This document shows, in pieces, positions 38,812 through 52,297 of a stretch of 64,000 bases of DNA; position 1 is the first letter of the stretch; each line of letters opens with the position of its first letter. Origin of the DNA: Chiloscyllium plagiosum. Lineage: Eukaryota. Below the pieces are notes generated by a model that was given only the letters and a program-made list of their open reading frames with translations, was not told where the DNA came from and did no database searches. The translations under genes were made by a program, and so were the position numbers. The stretch is taken from contig NC_057719.1 in NCBI RefSeq assembly GCF_004010195.1, positions 15,518,589-15,582,588 on the forward strand, in the 5' to 3' direction.

Positions 38812-39430
38812 CTACTTCAATGCTAGAAGTATCTGAAATAAGGTAGGTGAGCTTGCAGTATGGATAGGTACCTGGGACTTCAATGTTGTGGCCATTTCAG
38901 AGACATGGATAGAGCAGGGTGAGGAATGGATGTTGCAGGTTCCAGGGTTTAGATCTTTCATTAAGAACAGGCAAGGCGGTAAAAGAGGGGGAGACGTGGC
39001 CTCGTTAGTCAAGGATAGTATAACGGTGGCTGAGAGAACTTTTGATGAGGACTTGTCTACTGAGGTAGTGTGGGCTGAGGTTAGAAACAGGAGAGGAGAG
39101 GTCACACTGCTTGGAGTTTTTTATAGGCCTCCGCAGAGTTCCAGGGAGGTGGAAGAGAGGATTAGCAAAATTATTCTGGGTAGGAGTGAAAGGAACAGGG
39201 TAGTCATTATGGGGGACTTTAACTTTCCCAACATTGACTGGAAATGCTATAACTCTAGCATGTCGGATGAATCAGGTTTTGTCCAATGTGTACAGGAGGG
39301 TTTCCTGACACAGTATGTCGAAGGGCCAACAAGAGGGGAGGCCACACTGGATCTGGTTCATGGTAATGAACCAGGCCAGGTGTTTGATTTAGTTGTAGGT
39401 GAGCACTTTGGAGAGAGTGACCATAATTCA

Positions 39431-39796
39431 ATTTTGAGCAAAGTGAGGACTGCAGATGCTGGAGACCAGAGTTGAAAAATGTGGTGCTGGAAAAACACAG
39501 CATGCCAGGCAGCGTCCAAGGAGCAGGAGAATCGACGTTTCGGGCATAAGCCCTTTATCAACTCTGGTCTCCAGCATCTGCAGTCCTCACTTTTCTCCTA
39601 GTTGATCTTAACCTACTGCAAATCCTCTTGCAAGGATGCCTACCTTGAAGAAGCTCTCCTCCTCCCTCTACAAGGATCTCAGTGAGTCCCTCTCTCACTG
39701 CAACCCCCCCCCATTCCTGAAGAAGGGCTTTTGCCAGAAACGTTGATTCTCTTGCTCCTTAGCTGCTGCCTGGCCTGCTGTGTTTTTCCAGCACCA
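39431..39796. mobile_element. Rearranged Penelope pLTR insertion in CR1, 9-bp TSD
   Basis: cataattca at 39422-39430 and 39797-39805; inverted then direct pLTR pieces. Confidence 0.8.
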
Positions 39797-42397
39797 CATA
39801 ATTCAGTTATGTTTAGTTTAGCGATGGAAAGGGATAGGTACATGCCACAGGTCAAGAGTAATCGATGGAGCAAGAGCAATTATAATGTGATGAGGCAAGA
39901 ATTAGGATGCATAGAATGGGGATGCAGACAATGGAAATGTGGAGCTGGTTTAAGGAACAAATATTGCGTGTCTTTGATAGGTATGTCCCTGTCAGGCAGG
40001 GAAGAAGTGATAAAATAAGAGAACTGTGGTTTACTACAGAAATTGCATCTCTTGTTAAGAAGAAGAAGAGGGCTTATGTGTTGATGAGGCAATGGAGAGT
40101 TACAGATTAGCTAGGAAGGATTTAAAGAGAGAGTTAAGAAGAGCAAAGAGAGGACATGAGCAGTCTTTAGCAAATAGAATTAAGGAGAACTCTAAAGCTT
40201 TCAATAGGTAGGTGAGGAATAAAAGGATGATTAGAGTAGGAATAGGGCCAGTCAAAGACAGAAGTGGGAAGTTGAGTGTGGACCCTGTGGAGATCGGAGA
40301 GGTGCTAAACAAACATCTCTTATTGGTTTTGACTCAGGAAAAGGAGAATATTGTAGAGGAGAAGCATGAGGTATGAGATATTAGACTAGAAAGGATCGAG
40401 ATTAGTTACAAACAGGTGTTCTCAATTCTAGAAGGAGTGAAAGTAGACAAGTCCCCTTGGCCAGATGGGATTTATCTGAGTATTCTCTGGGAAGCTAGGG
40501 AGGAGATAGCAGAGCCTTTGCCTTTGATATTTGAGTCGTCATTTTCTGCAGGTTTAGTACCAGAGGACTGGAGGATTGCAAATGTTGTGCCCTTGTTCAA
40601 GAAGGGCAGTAGATATGACCCAGGTAATTATAGACCAGTGAGCCTTACTTCTGTTGTAGGAAACGTTTCGGAAAGGATTATAAGAGATAAGATTTATAAT
40701 CATCTAGCAAGCAACAATTTGATTTCAGATAGTCAACACGGTTTCGTCAAGGGCAGGTCGTGCCTCACAAACCTCATTGAGTTTTTTGAGAAGGTGACTA
40801 AGCATGTAGATGTGGGTAGGGCAGTTGACGTGGTATACATGGACTTCAGTAAAGCCTTTGATAAGGTTCCACATGGTAGGCTGTTGGAGAAAACGCAAAG
40901 GCATGGAATTGAGGGTGATTTAGCAGTTTGGATTAGAAACTGGCTTTCTGAAAGAAGGCAGTGAGTGGTGGTTGATGGAAAATATTCAGCCTGGAGTCCG
41001 GTTACGAGTAACATGCCACAACGATCTGTTTTGGGACCACTGCTGTTCGTCATTTTTAAAAAAGACACAGGCATAGGTGGGTGGATTAGTAAATTTGCAG
41101 ATGTCACTAAAGTCGGTGGAGTAGTGGACAATTTGGAAGAATGTTACAGGTTGCAGGAGGACTTGGATAAACTGCAGAATTGGGCTGAGAGACGGCAAAT
41201 GGAGTTCAATGCAACTAAATGTGAGGTAATGCACTTTGGGAAGAATAACAGGAAGGCAGAGTAGTGGGTCAATGGAAAGATTCTTGGTAGTGTGGATGTG
41301 CAGAGGGATCTTGGAGTCCATGTACGTGGATCCCTGAAAGTTGCCACCCAGGTTGATAGTGCTGTTAAGAAGGCATACGGTATGTTAGGTTTCATTGGTA
41401 GAGGGATTGTGTTCCAGAACCGCAATATCATGCTGCAACTATACAAAACACTGGTGCAGCCACACTTGGAATATTGTGTTCAGTTCTGGTCATTATATTT
41501 CGGGAAGGATGTGGAAGCATTGGAAAAGGTGCAGAGGAGATTTACCAGGATGTTGCCTGGTCTGGAGGGAACGTCTTATGAGGAAAGGCTAAGAGACTTC
41601 AGTCTGTTCTCATTGAAAAGAAGAAGGCTCAGAGAGGATTTGATAGAGACATACAAGATGATCAGAGGACTAGATAGGGTAGACAGTGAAAGTCTGTTTC
41701 CTAGGATGATGACGTCAGCTTGTAAGAGGGGGCATAACTACAAATTAAGCGGTGATAGATTTAAGACAGATGTCAGAGGCAGGTTCTTTACTCAGAGATT
41801 GGTAAGGGTGTGGAATGCCCGACCTGCCAATGTAGGTAACTCAGCCACATTAGGGAGATTTAAACAATCCTTGGATAAGCAGATAGATGATGGTGGGATG
41901 GTGTAGGGGGACAAGTTGAGAATAGTTCACAGGTCGGTGCAACATTGAGGGCCGAAGGGCCTATTCTGTGCTGTATTGTTCTATGTTCTATAACACTCTG
42001 CTAATATGCAGTTCACGTGTGACTACATCAGACATTAATCTCAATGAATGTCTGTTATTCTGGCACCAACTGGGTTTGTATCCTGCAACAATGAATGATT
42101 CCCACTCAGGCCTCCAAATAACAATATAAGAGATTTAGACATTACACATATCTCTCTTCTGTTTTCCCAGTTCACAAGGTCAAAGTGCTTCTAATAAAAG
42201 ACATGGAACCAATTGCAGTAACATGGAGCAAATCATCAATCTCCTGAAGCAGCTGCTTAACTGTTTAGATCACTTTGTGTGTTCCTTGCAGTGCATTCTC
42301 AAAAGGTCCATGATAGTGGTGGTGGACTACATTCTCCACAACGTAGTAATGATAAGTAACTATGCATTTCCTCCTGAGATCTGAGGCCACTTCAGAA

Positions 42398-42531
42398 TGC
42401 ATTTCTAATGAAGTGCTTATGCTCGAAATGTCGACTCTCCTGCTCCTCTGATGCTGCCTGACTGGCTGTGCTTTTCCAGCATCACACTTTTTGACTCTAA
42501 CCTTCAGCATCTGCAGTCCTCACTTTCTCCT
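42398..42531 (+). mobile_element. Penelope pLTR short copy
   Basis: cgaaatgtcgactctcctgctcctctgatgctgcctgac...cagtcctcactttctcc. Confidence 0.8.
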
Positions 42532-43414
42532 CCTCCACATTGTGAGGCCTCCTGCAGTAGAATTAGTCTGTGATCTTGGCCTTGAGACATAAACTGACTT
42601 ACTCCCCTGTCCTGGCAGAAGCTCATTTGTGCCTGGCCAGATCCAGATCCTGATTCTAGCTTCTAACATTTGTGCAAAGTGAGTCAGAGCTCGTGGGTGG
42701 AAGTGTGAGGTGCTAGTGCACATCACACAGGTTTGTGGATGCAGGACTGTGTGCACCTGCCATGATCAGAAGGTTTGTGTGTGTGAAGCGTAGTCTAAAG
42801 GGTATTGCGGTTCAGATTTGATAGGTAGAGTGCATAGCTGAAAAAGCGATGGAGGAAATATACTGCATTGAGCAGTGTGAGAGGTGGGTGATGTGCTGTG
42901 TCAGACAGGTGTGCAGTGCAGAGGCAATCACTTACTTTAACCAGCCAAGCAACATTTTCCCAGCAGTCTTGCTCAGTTGTCAGGGTCACAATCTGGATAT
43001 TGAACACCTGAGCACTGTGCATTGCCCCCATTTCAGTCTTATGCCTCATAAAAGGACTTTGTAATTTAATGATGAAGTTTCCTAAAGCACATGGTTTCTT
43101 TGCACTGCCCCTCAGTCTGTTCTGGTGTACAGAGGACATCATCTGTGAAGTAGAATCCATGGGCAGGAGATGCAGTTCAGGAGACACTTATGGACATGCT
43201 GCTATGAAGGAAACGCAGGGGTGACACAACTTTCATGTATCCTTTATCTTTTTTCCAAGGGGTTCAAGGGTTGAAGCCCCACACCCAAAAATTAGGACCT
43301 ATGAATTTTGTATCTAGTTCCCCACATGGTATTGCCTCTCCCTAAATCAGTCACCTGTTTGTATCATTCTTTAAGCCAAGTGGTATGAGGCATTTGGCAG
43401 GAGCCATTTAGCTT

Positions 43415-43436
43415 TCTCTCTCTCTCTCTCTCTCTC
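43415..43436. repeat. (TC)11 microsatellite
   Basis: Read directly from the sequence. Confidence 0.9.
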
Positions 43437-44510
43437 AGCTCATCATCAGCTGTCTCTTAATTTGCTTATCCCCTTTCTTTCCGTCTTTTTTCTGGGTTGC
43501 TTTCCATATACTCTATTCACTGCAAGCCCCTCACCTCAGCATCAATGTAAATACCACACTTTCCTAGCTATTGTCAGTTCTGATGAAGGGTCACTGGACT
43601 GGAAATGTTAACTGTTTTTTTTTCTCCAACTTGCTTTGTCTCTCCAACGTGCTCTATTTCTGTTTTCTTGACTTGATCATGCAGTGGCTGGACCACACAA
43701 TGTATGTTTGTTGTTTCGCCCAACCAGTTCACAGAAATGAGTCATTCTCATTCATTGAGCAGCACAAAAAATACATTCATATGGATTAGACTGCCTGCTG
43801 CTCAGATCATAAAGATGTGACGTTAAATGTGCTCTTTCTCATTCTCATTGTTTCACATATTTGCAATTCAAATAACCAAGTAGTCTCAAAAAGAAATCCA
43901 ATAGTTTATGATCTGTTAATATTTTGTTTCTACTTTCTCTTACTTCAAACTTATTACAAAATTAGTGTTACAAGTTCCCATGATGGTAGTCTGGCTTGTT
44001 TGTGCCTTTGTTGAATTAGCTGTGAGATGGATGCCTATATTAATACATTATTGCTTTTCTACCTCGAAACATCTCCCCCATCTCCAAAACACTCTACGTG
44101 CATTACTATTTATATTTACATGACTTACCCACAATGCACACAATTGTTCTCATGCATTGGCAGTTTGTTATTCTTTTCAATTTTCATTGCCTTAAGAACA
44201 TAAGACAGAGGAACAGAATAGACCATTCATACCATAAAGACTGCTCTACCATTCAATGAGATTATGGCTGATCTGATAATCCCCAACTCCACCCTTCTGT
44301 ATTTTCCCCATAATCCTTGATTCCTTTATTGATTAAAAATCCATCTGCCTCAGCCTTGAGAAATTAACTTGTCAGTATCCTTCTAAAGAACATTTGTGTC
44401 ATCCTCACCACTTACTTGCCTTTCCTCCTATTTTTGTGTAATCCTCAACTCAGAAGAGCATTCCCCAGTTTCTTCACTGGGAATGCTGAGCTTGACACCA
44501 TGTCACCAAG

Positions 44511-45230
44511 GTAAAAACAATGACTGCAGATGCTGGAAACCAGATTTTGGATTAGTGGTGCTGGAAGAGCACAGCAGTTCAGGCAGCATCCGAGGAGCAG
44601 CAAAATCAACATTTCGGGCAAAAGCCCTTCATCAGGAATAAAGGCAGAGAGCCTGAAGCGTGGAGAGATAAGCTAGAGGAGGTTGGGGGTGGGGAGAAAG
44701 TAGAAGGGAGTACAATAGGTGAGTGGGGGAGGGGATGAAGGTGATATGTCAGGGAGGAGGGTGGAGTGGATAAGTGGAAAAGAAGATAGGCAGGTAGGAC
44801 AAGTCTTGGGGACAGTGCTGAGCTGGAAGTTTGGAACTAGGGTGAGGTGGGGGAAGGGGAAATGAGGAAACTGTTGAAGTCCACATTGATGCCCTGGGGT
44901 TGAAGTGTTCCGAGGTGGAAGATGAGGCATTCTTCCTCCAGGCATCTGGTGGTGAGGGAGTGGCGGTGAAGGAGGTCCAGGACCTCCATGTCCTCGGCAG
45001 AGTGGGAGGGGGAGTTGAAATGTTGGGCCACAGGGCGGTGTGGTTGATTGGTGCGGGTGTCCCGGAGATGTTCCCTAAAGCGCTCTGCTAGGAGGCGTCC
45101 AGTCTCCCCAATGTAGAGGAGACCGCATCGGGAGCAATGGATGCAATAAATGATATTAGTGGATGTGCAGGTAAAACTTTGATGGATGTGGAAGGCTCCT
45201 TTAGTGCCTTGGATGGCGGTTAGGGAGGAA
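44511..45230 (-). mobile_element. Neptune-type Penelope 3' end: GIY-YIG endonuclease and pLTR
   Basis: FTCTSTNIIYCIHCSRCGLLYIGETGRLLAERFREH...VAQHFNSPSHS; hammerhead-like motif at about 44604-44639. Confidence 0.93.
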
Positions 45231-45569
45231 ATGTACATCTGTTTCCTTTGCTTGCATGTCACAAACAGATGATATCTCTGCAACTGGGGTGACATGCTTT
45301 GCAGAAGCTTTGGAGCAGAAAGTGAGAAATCCTTTGAAGTACCTTGTAGTCAGACTCAATTGTTAATTTGTGTCTTCCAGCGAGTAATGGTAAAAGTGTT
45401 CAGAAACAAAGGCAATGGCAGACATTCTTGCTTAATCTGAGCAGTGTGTCATTCCATTTTTGTTAATGCTGTCAAAGCAAATGAACTGAGCAGTTGTCCT
45501 TCCTGCATTTTAGTTGCTCCCAAGTCTTGTCTTGATGCAGGGGTCTTCATCTTTTACATGAGAGACATT

Positions 45570-45850
45570 AGTTAGGTGTGTGATGGAATACTCCCCACTT
45601 GCCTAGATGAGTGCAGCTCCTACAGCACTCGAGGAAGCTTGACAACATCCAGGACAAAGTAGCCCGCTTGATTGACATCACGTCTACAAACATCTGTTCC
45701 TTCCACACTGATGCTCTGTAGCAGCAGAATGTACCATCACCAAGATGCACTGCAGAAATTCACCAAGGCTCCTCAGACAACATGATCACTTCTATCTAGG
45801 ACAAGGCCAGCACCACCACCTGCAAGTTTCCCTCTAAGCCACTCACCCAA
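45570..45850 (+). mobile_element. L2/CR1-clade LINE 3' fragment
   Basis: Matches 4400-4750 (aagcttgacaacatccaggacaaagtagcccgcttgatt). Confidence 0.75.
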
Positions 45851-46354
45851 GCATGCCCAATTTTAAACATTCCACCATCAGTTATATTCAAAAGCCTTGG
45901 CCATCCACTCTGGTATTCACTCCATTAACTTCTCTGCCTCTCTATCTTGATTTGCTCCTTTAACATGCTCATTAAAACCTGCAACTGTGGCCAAGCTTTT
46001 AGTTATCCACCATATTATTTCCCTATATGAGTTGATATCATATTGATAAAGAAGAGAGGTTAAGTGCTTTGTCAAAGAGTGCTTTGATGTAGGGTGTTAA
46101 CACTGCAAGATTAGTAAAACAGGAGTATGGTGAGAAGGGAAACTAGGAGGTGCTCTTTTCCATTTCCTTTCTCTGTCTTCAGGGAAACCAGGAGTTGAAA
46201 AGCTGGACAAGAGGGCTGAATTTTGAAAACATTCAAAAGTAACATCACAGGGAAAACATAAGCTCATCAAGTGGGAACAGAAGCCAGCACAAAACAAGTG
46301 ACAGCCTTGAACAGGTAAGATCAAGTGAATACATCTGCAACCCAATCTTTAAAG

Positions 46355-46752
46355 TAACAGAATGACAGAAGTGTTATGGCACAGAAAGAAGCCATTCAGC
46401 CCACCATGCTTGCAGCAGCTTGTTAAATGAGCATCATTACCTTTTGCCAATGTCCTCCTTTATCCTAATGCCCTTGCAAATTATTTACATCCAATTAATC
46501 ATCCAATGCCCTCTTTAACACCGCAATTGAACCTGCCTCCACCACATTTCCAGGCAGTGCATTCCGTACCTTAATTATTCACTGAGTAAAAACGCTTTTC
46601 TTCATTTCATCTTTTTTCCTTTTGCAGATCGCTTTTAATCTACACGTTTCTTCTTGTTCTTTTTCTGTGCGTGAACACTTTTTTCCCAGTCTATTCTGTC
46701 CAGCCTGCTCATGATTTTGAAAACCTCCTCTCTCCAATGAGAACAGTCCCAA
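46355..46752 (-). mobile_element. Old CR1 3' fragment
   Basis: Reverse CR1 tail (gcctccaccacatttccaggcagtgcattcc). Confidence 0.7.
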
Positions 46753-47150
46753 ATTGGTCTTTAGTTTAGATTAAGAGTATTTAAGGAACATGAGCCAGAT
46801 AAGGTATATATTTAATATTAGTTAAAGTCAATGAAATAATGTAAAGTGTCTAATTTATGGGTAAACGATCAAAGGGCAGCTGAAATACCCTTCCTGTGAA
46901 ATGTGGGAAGTCAAGGACTCTTCTCCTGTCTGGAATACTGCATGTATAGGAAGTGTCTCAAGCTGCAGCTATGGGAATTCTGTGTTTTGGAGTTGGAGCG
47001 GTAGTTGGGAGACGTTGTTGTGTATTTGCAAGGCACCTTAGTGGGTGGCAAGTATAGCGAGAGGGTGACACCACACGTAAAGACAGAAAGGAAATGGTTG
47101 TCTGCCGGTCAGAGGAGAACATTAGGCAGGTAATATAACAGATCCTGATG

Positions 47151-47630
47151 CAAGGACTGCACAAAACACTATATAGGACAAACAGGAAGACAGCTAACGA
47201 TCCGCATCCATGAACACCAACTAGCCACGAAACGACATGACCAGCTATCCCTAGTAGCCACACACGCAGACGATAAGCAACATGAATTCGACTGGGACAA
47301 CACTATCATTATAGGGCAAGCCAAACACAGAACAGCCAGGGAATTCCTAGAAGCATGGCGCTCATCCACAAACTCCATCAACGAACACATCGACCTGGAC
47401 CCAATATATCGGCCACTACAGCGGACAGCTGAAACTGACAACCGGAAGCGGCAGGGACAGGCCACTATAAATGCCGGAGGAAACACCACAGAAGCGCTTC
47501 ACAGGAGGCTCCCAAGCACTGAGGATGTCACCTAGACAGGGGACGAAACGTTTGCAACAAAAACTTCCAGCTCGGCGAACAGAACCACAGCAACGAGCAC
47601 CCGAGCTACAAATCTTCTCACAAACTTTGA
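47151..47630 (+). mobile_element. Poseidon-type Penelope 3' end (GIY-YIG and pLTR), young, 11-bp TSD
   Basis: CKDCTKHYIGQTGRQLTIRIHEH...FDWDNTIIIGQAKHRTAREFLEAW; agatcctgatg at 47140-47150 and 47631-47641. Confidence 0.92.
47516..47555 (+). ncRNA. Minimal hammerhead ribozyme motif (Poseidon-type pLTR)
   Basis: gca-CTGAGGA-t-gtcacc(tagacag)gggac-GAAACGTT-tgc. Confidence 0.65.
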
Positions 47631-48432
47631 AGATCCTGATGGGCCAGCTTCCTCAATAGCAGATTCCCCATTTAGTTATTACTGAGAATAATGGTGTCTC
47701 AGCAGGATGCAATAAGAGCTAAATCCACTGAGAATGATTCAGCTGCATGGTGGGGATAGAAAAAAACAGTATGTGTGCAGAAAATGATCTATCGTAAGGG
47801 GATTGTGCAGATGCGACAGCAGTATGTGATCTGTGATTTCATGACTCAATGGTGTTAAAGTCAAGGATGTCACTGAGCAGCTGTAAGACACTGTGAAGAG
47901 GGAGGGATAACAGTCAGAGATTGTGTCTACATCAGTACCAATGGCTTGTGTATAAGCTGAGGCCCTGCAAGCAGAATATAGGGAACTAGGAAATAAATTA
48001 AGAAAGTAATCTTCCAGTAATCAAAGGTGGTAATCTCAGGATTACTCCCAGTGCCATGTGCTAGCAAGATTAGGAATGGGAAAATTGACCGGTCAAATGT
48101 GTGCCTGGATGGATGATACAGGAGGGAACGATTTAAATTCTTGATGAAAACGCACTGAATCTGGGGAAGATGGGACCTGAATAAGCTGGACAAGTTGCCC
48201 CCCAGCAGGACTGGGCCAATACCCTAGCAGGGGTGTTCACAAATATTGTTGTGCAGTGTTTAAACTAGAGTGGGAGGGGGTAGGATCCTAAGTGGGGGAG
48301 GCCATAATAAGAGAAGCAAAGGTGGCAACTAAAGGTAGAAAAGTAGAAAGTAAAAGTGGAAGGCAGAAGAAACAAGGGCAATCAACAAGTAGAATTACAG
48401 CACAAAACAAATGTTTAAAAATGTCAAAAAAT

Positions 48433-48675
48433 TATTGAATTTATTGTCATGTGTACCGAGGCACAGTGTAAAGCTTTGTCTTGCGAGCAATTCAGGCAGA
48501 TCACATAGTTAAGTAAGTAATAGGTAAACAGCGGCAAAAACAAAAACACAGGTACAGGCGAATGTTAAGTGATTGTGAATCCATTCAATATTCTAACAAC
48601 AGTAGGGTAGAAACTGTAATGAAACCAGCTGGTGCGTGTGTTCAGACTTCTGTACCTTCTCCCCGATGGTAGAGA
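48433..48675 (-). mobile_element. Rex1/Babar-like LINE 3' end
   Basis: Reverse strand reads LPSGRRYRSLNTRTSWFHYSFYPTVVRILN, followed by a short 3' UTR. Confidence 0.7.
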
Positions 48676-48681
48676 CTGTCA

Positions 48682-50375
48682 CCTGGGTGTTCCACAAGGA
48701 TCAGTGCTGGGTCCACTGCTTTTTGTCATTTCTGTAAATGATTTGAGTGTGAACATAGGAGGTATGGTTAGTAAAGTTGCAGATGACACCAAAATTGGAG
48801 GTGTAGTGGACAGCGAAGAAGGTTACCTCAGAGTCCAATGGGATCTTGATCAGATGGGCCAGTGGGCCGAGGAGTGGCAGATTGGTATTTAATTTAGATA
48901 AATGTGAGGTGCTGCAATAATAGATGCAATCATTATCATCTTCCAAAGCTGCAAATTCTGAAACAGCCCCAGCATTTGGAGGCTGGGAAATGAAGCCCCA
49001 CTATTTTTTAAAAAGAAGGAAAGCAGTAAGCAAAGAATTATAAGCCAGTTAACCTATTATCAGTGTTAGGGAAATTGCTAGAATATATTTTAAAAGATGT
49101 GATAACAAGACACTTTGATTCTATCACTGTGATTACACGGAAAGGAAATTATGGTTTTAGAAACCTCCTGAAGTTTTTTTTTGAAAACAGAACTAGTAGA
49201 ATAGATTAGGGAGAATCAGTGGATATGAAGCATTTAGATTTTCAGCAAGTTTTTGAAAAAGAGGGTGGCGTACAAAATCAAAGCACATGGTATTGGTGGT
49301 AATATAAGACTATAGATTGAGAATTGATTAGCAGAAGGCAAACAGATTAGGAATAAATGGGCCTTTTTCAGAGTGGAAGGTGGTCAGAAATGGGGTGCCA
49401 AAGAATTCAGTGCTTGAGCAACAACTATTCCCAACATCTGTCAGTGATTTGGCTAAAGGAGTCAGAAATAATATTGTCAGGTTTTCTAATGACACAAAAT
49501 TTGGTGAGATTGTGAATGGGGAGGATGAAGTAAATAGCCTTCAAAGCGACTTAGACAAATTGAGTGAATGGACGAATGTGGATAAATATGAAGTCCACTT
49601 CAATAGGAAGAACAGAATGGCAGAGTATTATCTGAATGGTGATAGACTGGGAAATGTTGATGTACAAAATAACCTGCATATCCTTGTACAGCAGTTACTG
49701 AAAGCAAACATGCAAAGAAGCAAGCAGTTTGAAAAGCAAATGCTTTCTCATTGCAAGGTACTTTATGCACAGGAGCAAGGAAGTCATACTGCAGCTGTGC
49801 AGGGCCTGAGTGAGGGCAAACCTACAGTTTTGTGTGCAGTTTCCTTACCAATGAAAATATGTAAGTTGCTATAGACAGAGTGCAGTGATGGTACACCAGA
49901 CTGAAATTTGAGATGGCAGTTTGTCATATGAGGATATCTTGGGTTGCCGGGGCCTGTGCTCATTGGAGTTTAAAGGAATGAAAGGTGGTATCATGGAAAC
50001 ATGCAAACTTCTGATGGAGTTGGACTGACTGGATACAGGAATGATGTTTCCCATGGCCAAGGCTCCAGAATAAAGATCACAGTCTTAGGATATAGAGTCC
50101 ATTTTGGACCGAGACAAGGAAGAATTTGTACACTCAGCTGGTGGTAAACCTGTGGAATTCTCTGTTGCAGAAGGCTATGGAAGCACAGTCACGGAATAAA
50201 ATTTAAAAACTAATTAGAAAGGTTTCCAGGGAATAAAGTTCTGAAGGGGTATGGAGGAAAAGCTGAAGTATGGGGTGGAGATAGAGGGTCAGCTGTGAGC
50301 ATGTTGAATGATGGAGCAGGATCGATGAGCTGAATGACCTATTCTCGCTCCTGTTTTCTCTGATTTATATTATGT
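48682..50375 (+). mobile_element. CR1 RT fragments (young piece 48682-48918, then older RT to tail)
   Basis: GVPQGSVLGPLLF...ADDTKIGG; decayed NYKPVNLLS, LDFQQVF, FSNDTKFG; CR1 tail. Confidence 0.88.
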
Positions 50376-50519
50376 CTATGAAATGCTATATAATTGACAA
50401 TAGGTGCAGGAGTAGGCCATTCGGCCCTTCAAGCCAGCACCACCATTCATTATGATCATGGCTGATCATCCACAATCACTATCCTGTATCTGTCTTATCC
50501 CCATAACCCTTGATTCCAT

Positions 50520-52295
50520 GTGAAAAATTTCTGGCTGTAACAGCTGCTCCTTTGTTGAGGTATTTTAGGTGCTGGAGGTGATTTCCTTGAATATAAGGAG
50601 CAGCAATTACTGTTTTATATGTTGTTGCATTATTTTGGAACTTTGAAAAACAAAGTCAAAACAACAGCAGTTTTAAAAGGGAGAAGAACAAACACAGGAA
50701 GCGCATGATGAGGTCAGTGCAGGAGAGAAAGAGAAAGAAACTGACACAGCAGTGAACCTGCACAGTTATTGCCTTTGCTGTTTGAATTCATATATCGCTG
50801 GACATCGGAGTGCGTCTGGGAGAGTTAACAAACAGCGAAATTCACAACTGATCTTGGAGGAACTGTTTGGGTGAAGTTCACACCACAGAGCAGATAAGTG
50901 TACTGTTTTTAAGTGTGACCCACAGAAAGTCTGCAGCAGTGAGTAATGTGGGTTCTTTCTTGATTATATGTTTTTTGAGATATGTCTCTTGATTAAACTT
51001 AAAACATAAGCCATAACTATTAATTTAACCTGAGATAGTGTTTTGTAGAGGAATAAGATGGTATTATTTTCTGGGTCTGTAGATTGTGAAGGAGCATTAT
51101 GTACTTCTTGTCAGATGTGGGAGTTTAAAAAGAGTTTAAGGGTTACTGCAGATTATATCTGCAATAAATGTTGTTGGTTGTGAATCTTATCAGATCAAAT
51201 GGATCGGTTGGAGAGACAGTTAAAAGCAATGAGGAATTTGTAACAGCAACAGTATGGATGGCAGTTATAGAAAGGGGGGAAAGTCTCAGATACAGTCACA
51301 TAATGGGGTAACTCCAGGAAAGGTAAGAGAGGTAGGCAGCTAGTACAGAAGCCTTCTGTGGCTATACCTATTTCAAACAAGTATGCTGTTTTGGAAAATA
51401 TAGGGGGTGATGGATTCTCAGGGGAACGTAGCATGAACAGCCAAGTTTCTGGTATTCAGACTAGCTCTAATGCAACGAGGGGTATGTCTGGTTCCAAGAG
51501 ATCAATTGTGTTAGGGGACTGCCCAGTCTGAGGTTCAGACAGACGTTTCTGTGGCCAGCAGCGAAAAATCAGGATGGTGTGTTGCTTTCCTGGTGCCAGG
51601 ATCAAGAATGTCTCAAACAGGGTGCAGAATGTTCTCAAGGGGAGAGGGGCCAGCAAGAGGTCATTGTCCACATTGGAACCAACGACATAGGAAGGGAAAA
51701 GGTTGAGATTCTAAAAGGAGATTACAGAGAGTTAGACAGGAATTCAAAAAGGAGGTCCTCGAGAGTAGTAATATCTGGATTACTCTCCAGTGCTACGAGC
51801 TAGTGAGGGCAGAAATAGGAGGATAGAGCAGATGAATGCATGGCTGAGTAGCTGGTGTATGGGAGAAGGATTCACATTTTTGGACCATTAGAATCTCTTT
51901 TGGGGTAGACATGACCTGTACAAGAAGGACGGTTTGCACCTAAATTGGAAGGGGACTAATTTACTGGCAGGGAGATTTGCAAGAGCTGTTCGGGAGGATT
52001 TAAACTAGTAAGGTGAGGGGGTGGGACCCAGGGAGATAGTGAGGAAAGAGATCAATCTGAGACTGGTACATACGTGAGTCAAACAGTCAGGGCAGGCAGG
52101 GACAAGGTAGAACTAATACATTAAACTGCATTTATTTCAAAGCAAGGGGCCTAACAGGGAAGGCAGATGAACTCAGGGCATGGTTAGGAACATGGGACTG
52201 GGATATCATAGCAATTACAGAAACATGGCTCAGGGATGGGCAGGACTGGCAGCTTAATGTTCCAGGATACAAATGCTACAGGAAGGATATAACGG
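50520..52295 (+). mobile_element. CR1 LINE 5' portion: putative 5' UTR, ORF1 (Cys-rich and SGNH esterase), start of ORF2
   Basis: CTSCQMWE...YICNKC; IVLGD, CFPGARI, VIVHIGTNDIG, DGLHLN; CIYF..RGL..KADEL...IAITETWL. Confidence 0.88.
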
Positions 52296-52297
52296 GA

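Larger units (their letters stand above)
37235..41992 (+). mobile_element. CR1 LINE with nearly complete, disrupted ORF2 (APE and RT), carrying two nested Penelope insertions
   Basis: AISETW, YRPP, MGDFNFP, LDLV, SDHN (APE); NYRPVSLTS, QHGFVKGRSCLTNL, DFSKAFDKVPH, KFADVTK (RT); tail tgttctatgttcta. Confidence 0.96.
46880..48420 (+). mobile_element. Old CR1 ORF1 fragment interrupted by a Penelope insertion
   Basis: Decayed similarity to 51090-52030 (tgtgaaatgtgggaag, ggtggtaatctcaggattactccc, tttaaactagag). Confidence 0.7.

Noticed and set aside
42795..43187. 130-aa minus-strand ORF, possible Harbinger transposase remnant
   Set aside because: No recognisable catalytic motifs, TIRs or splice context
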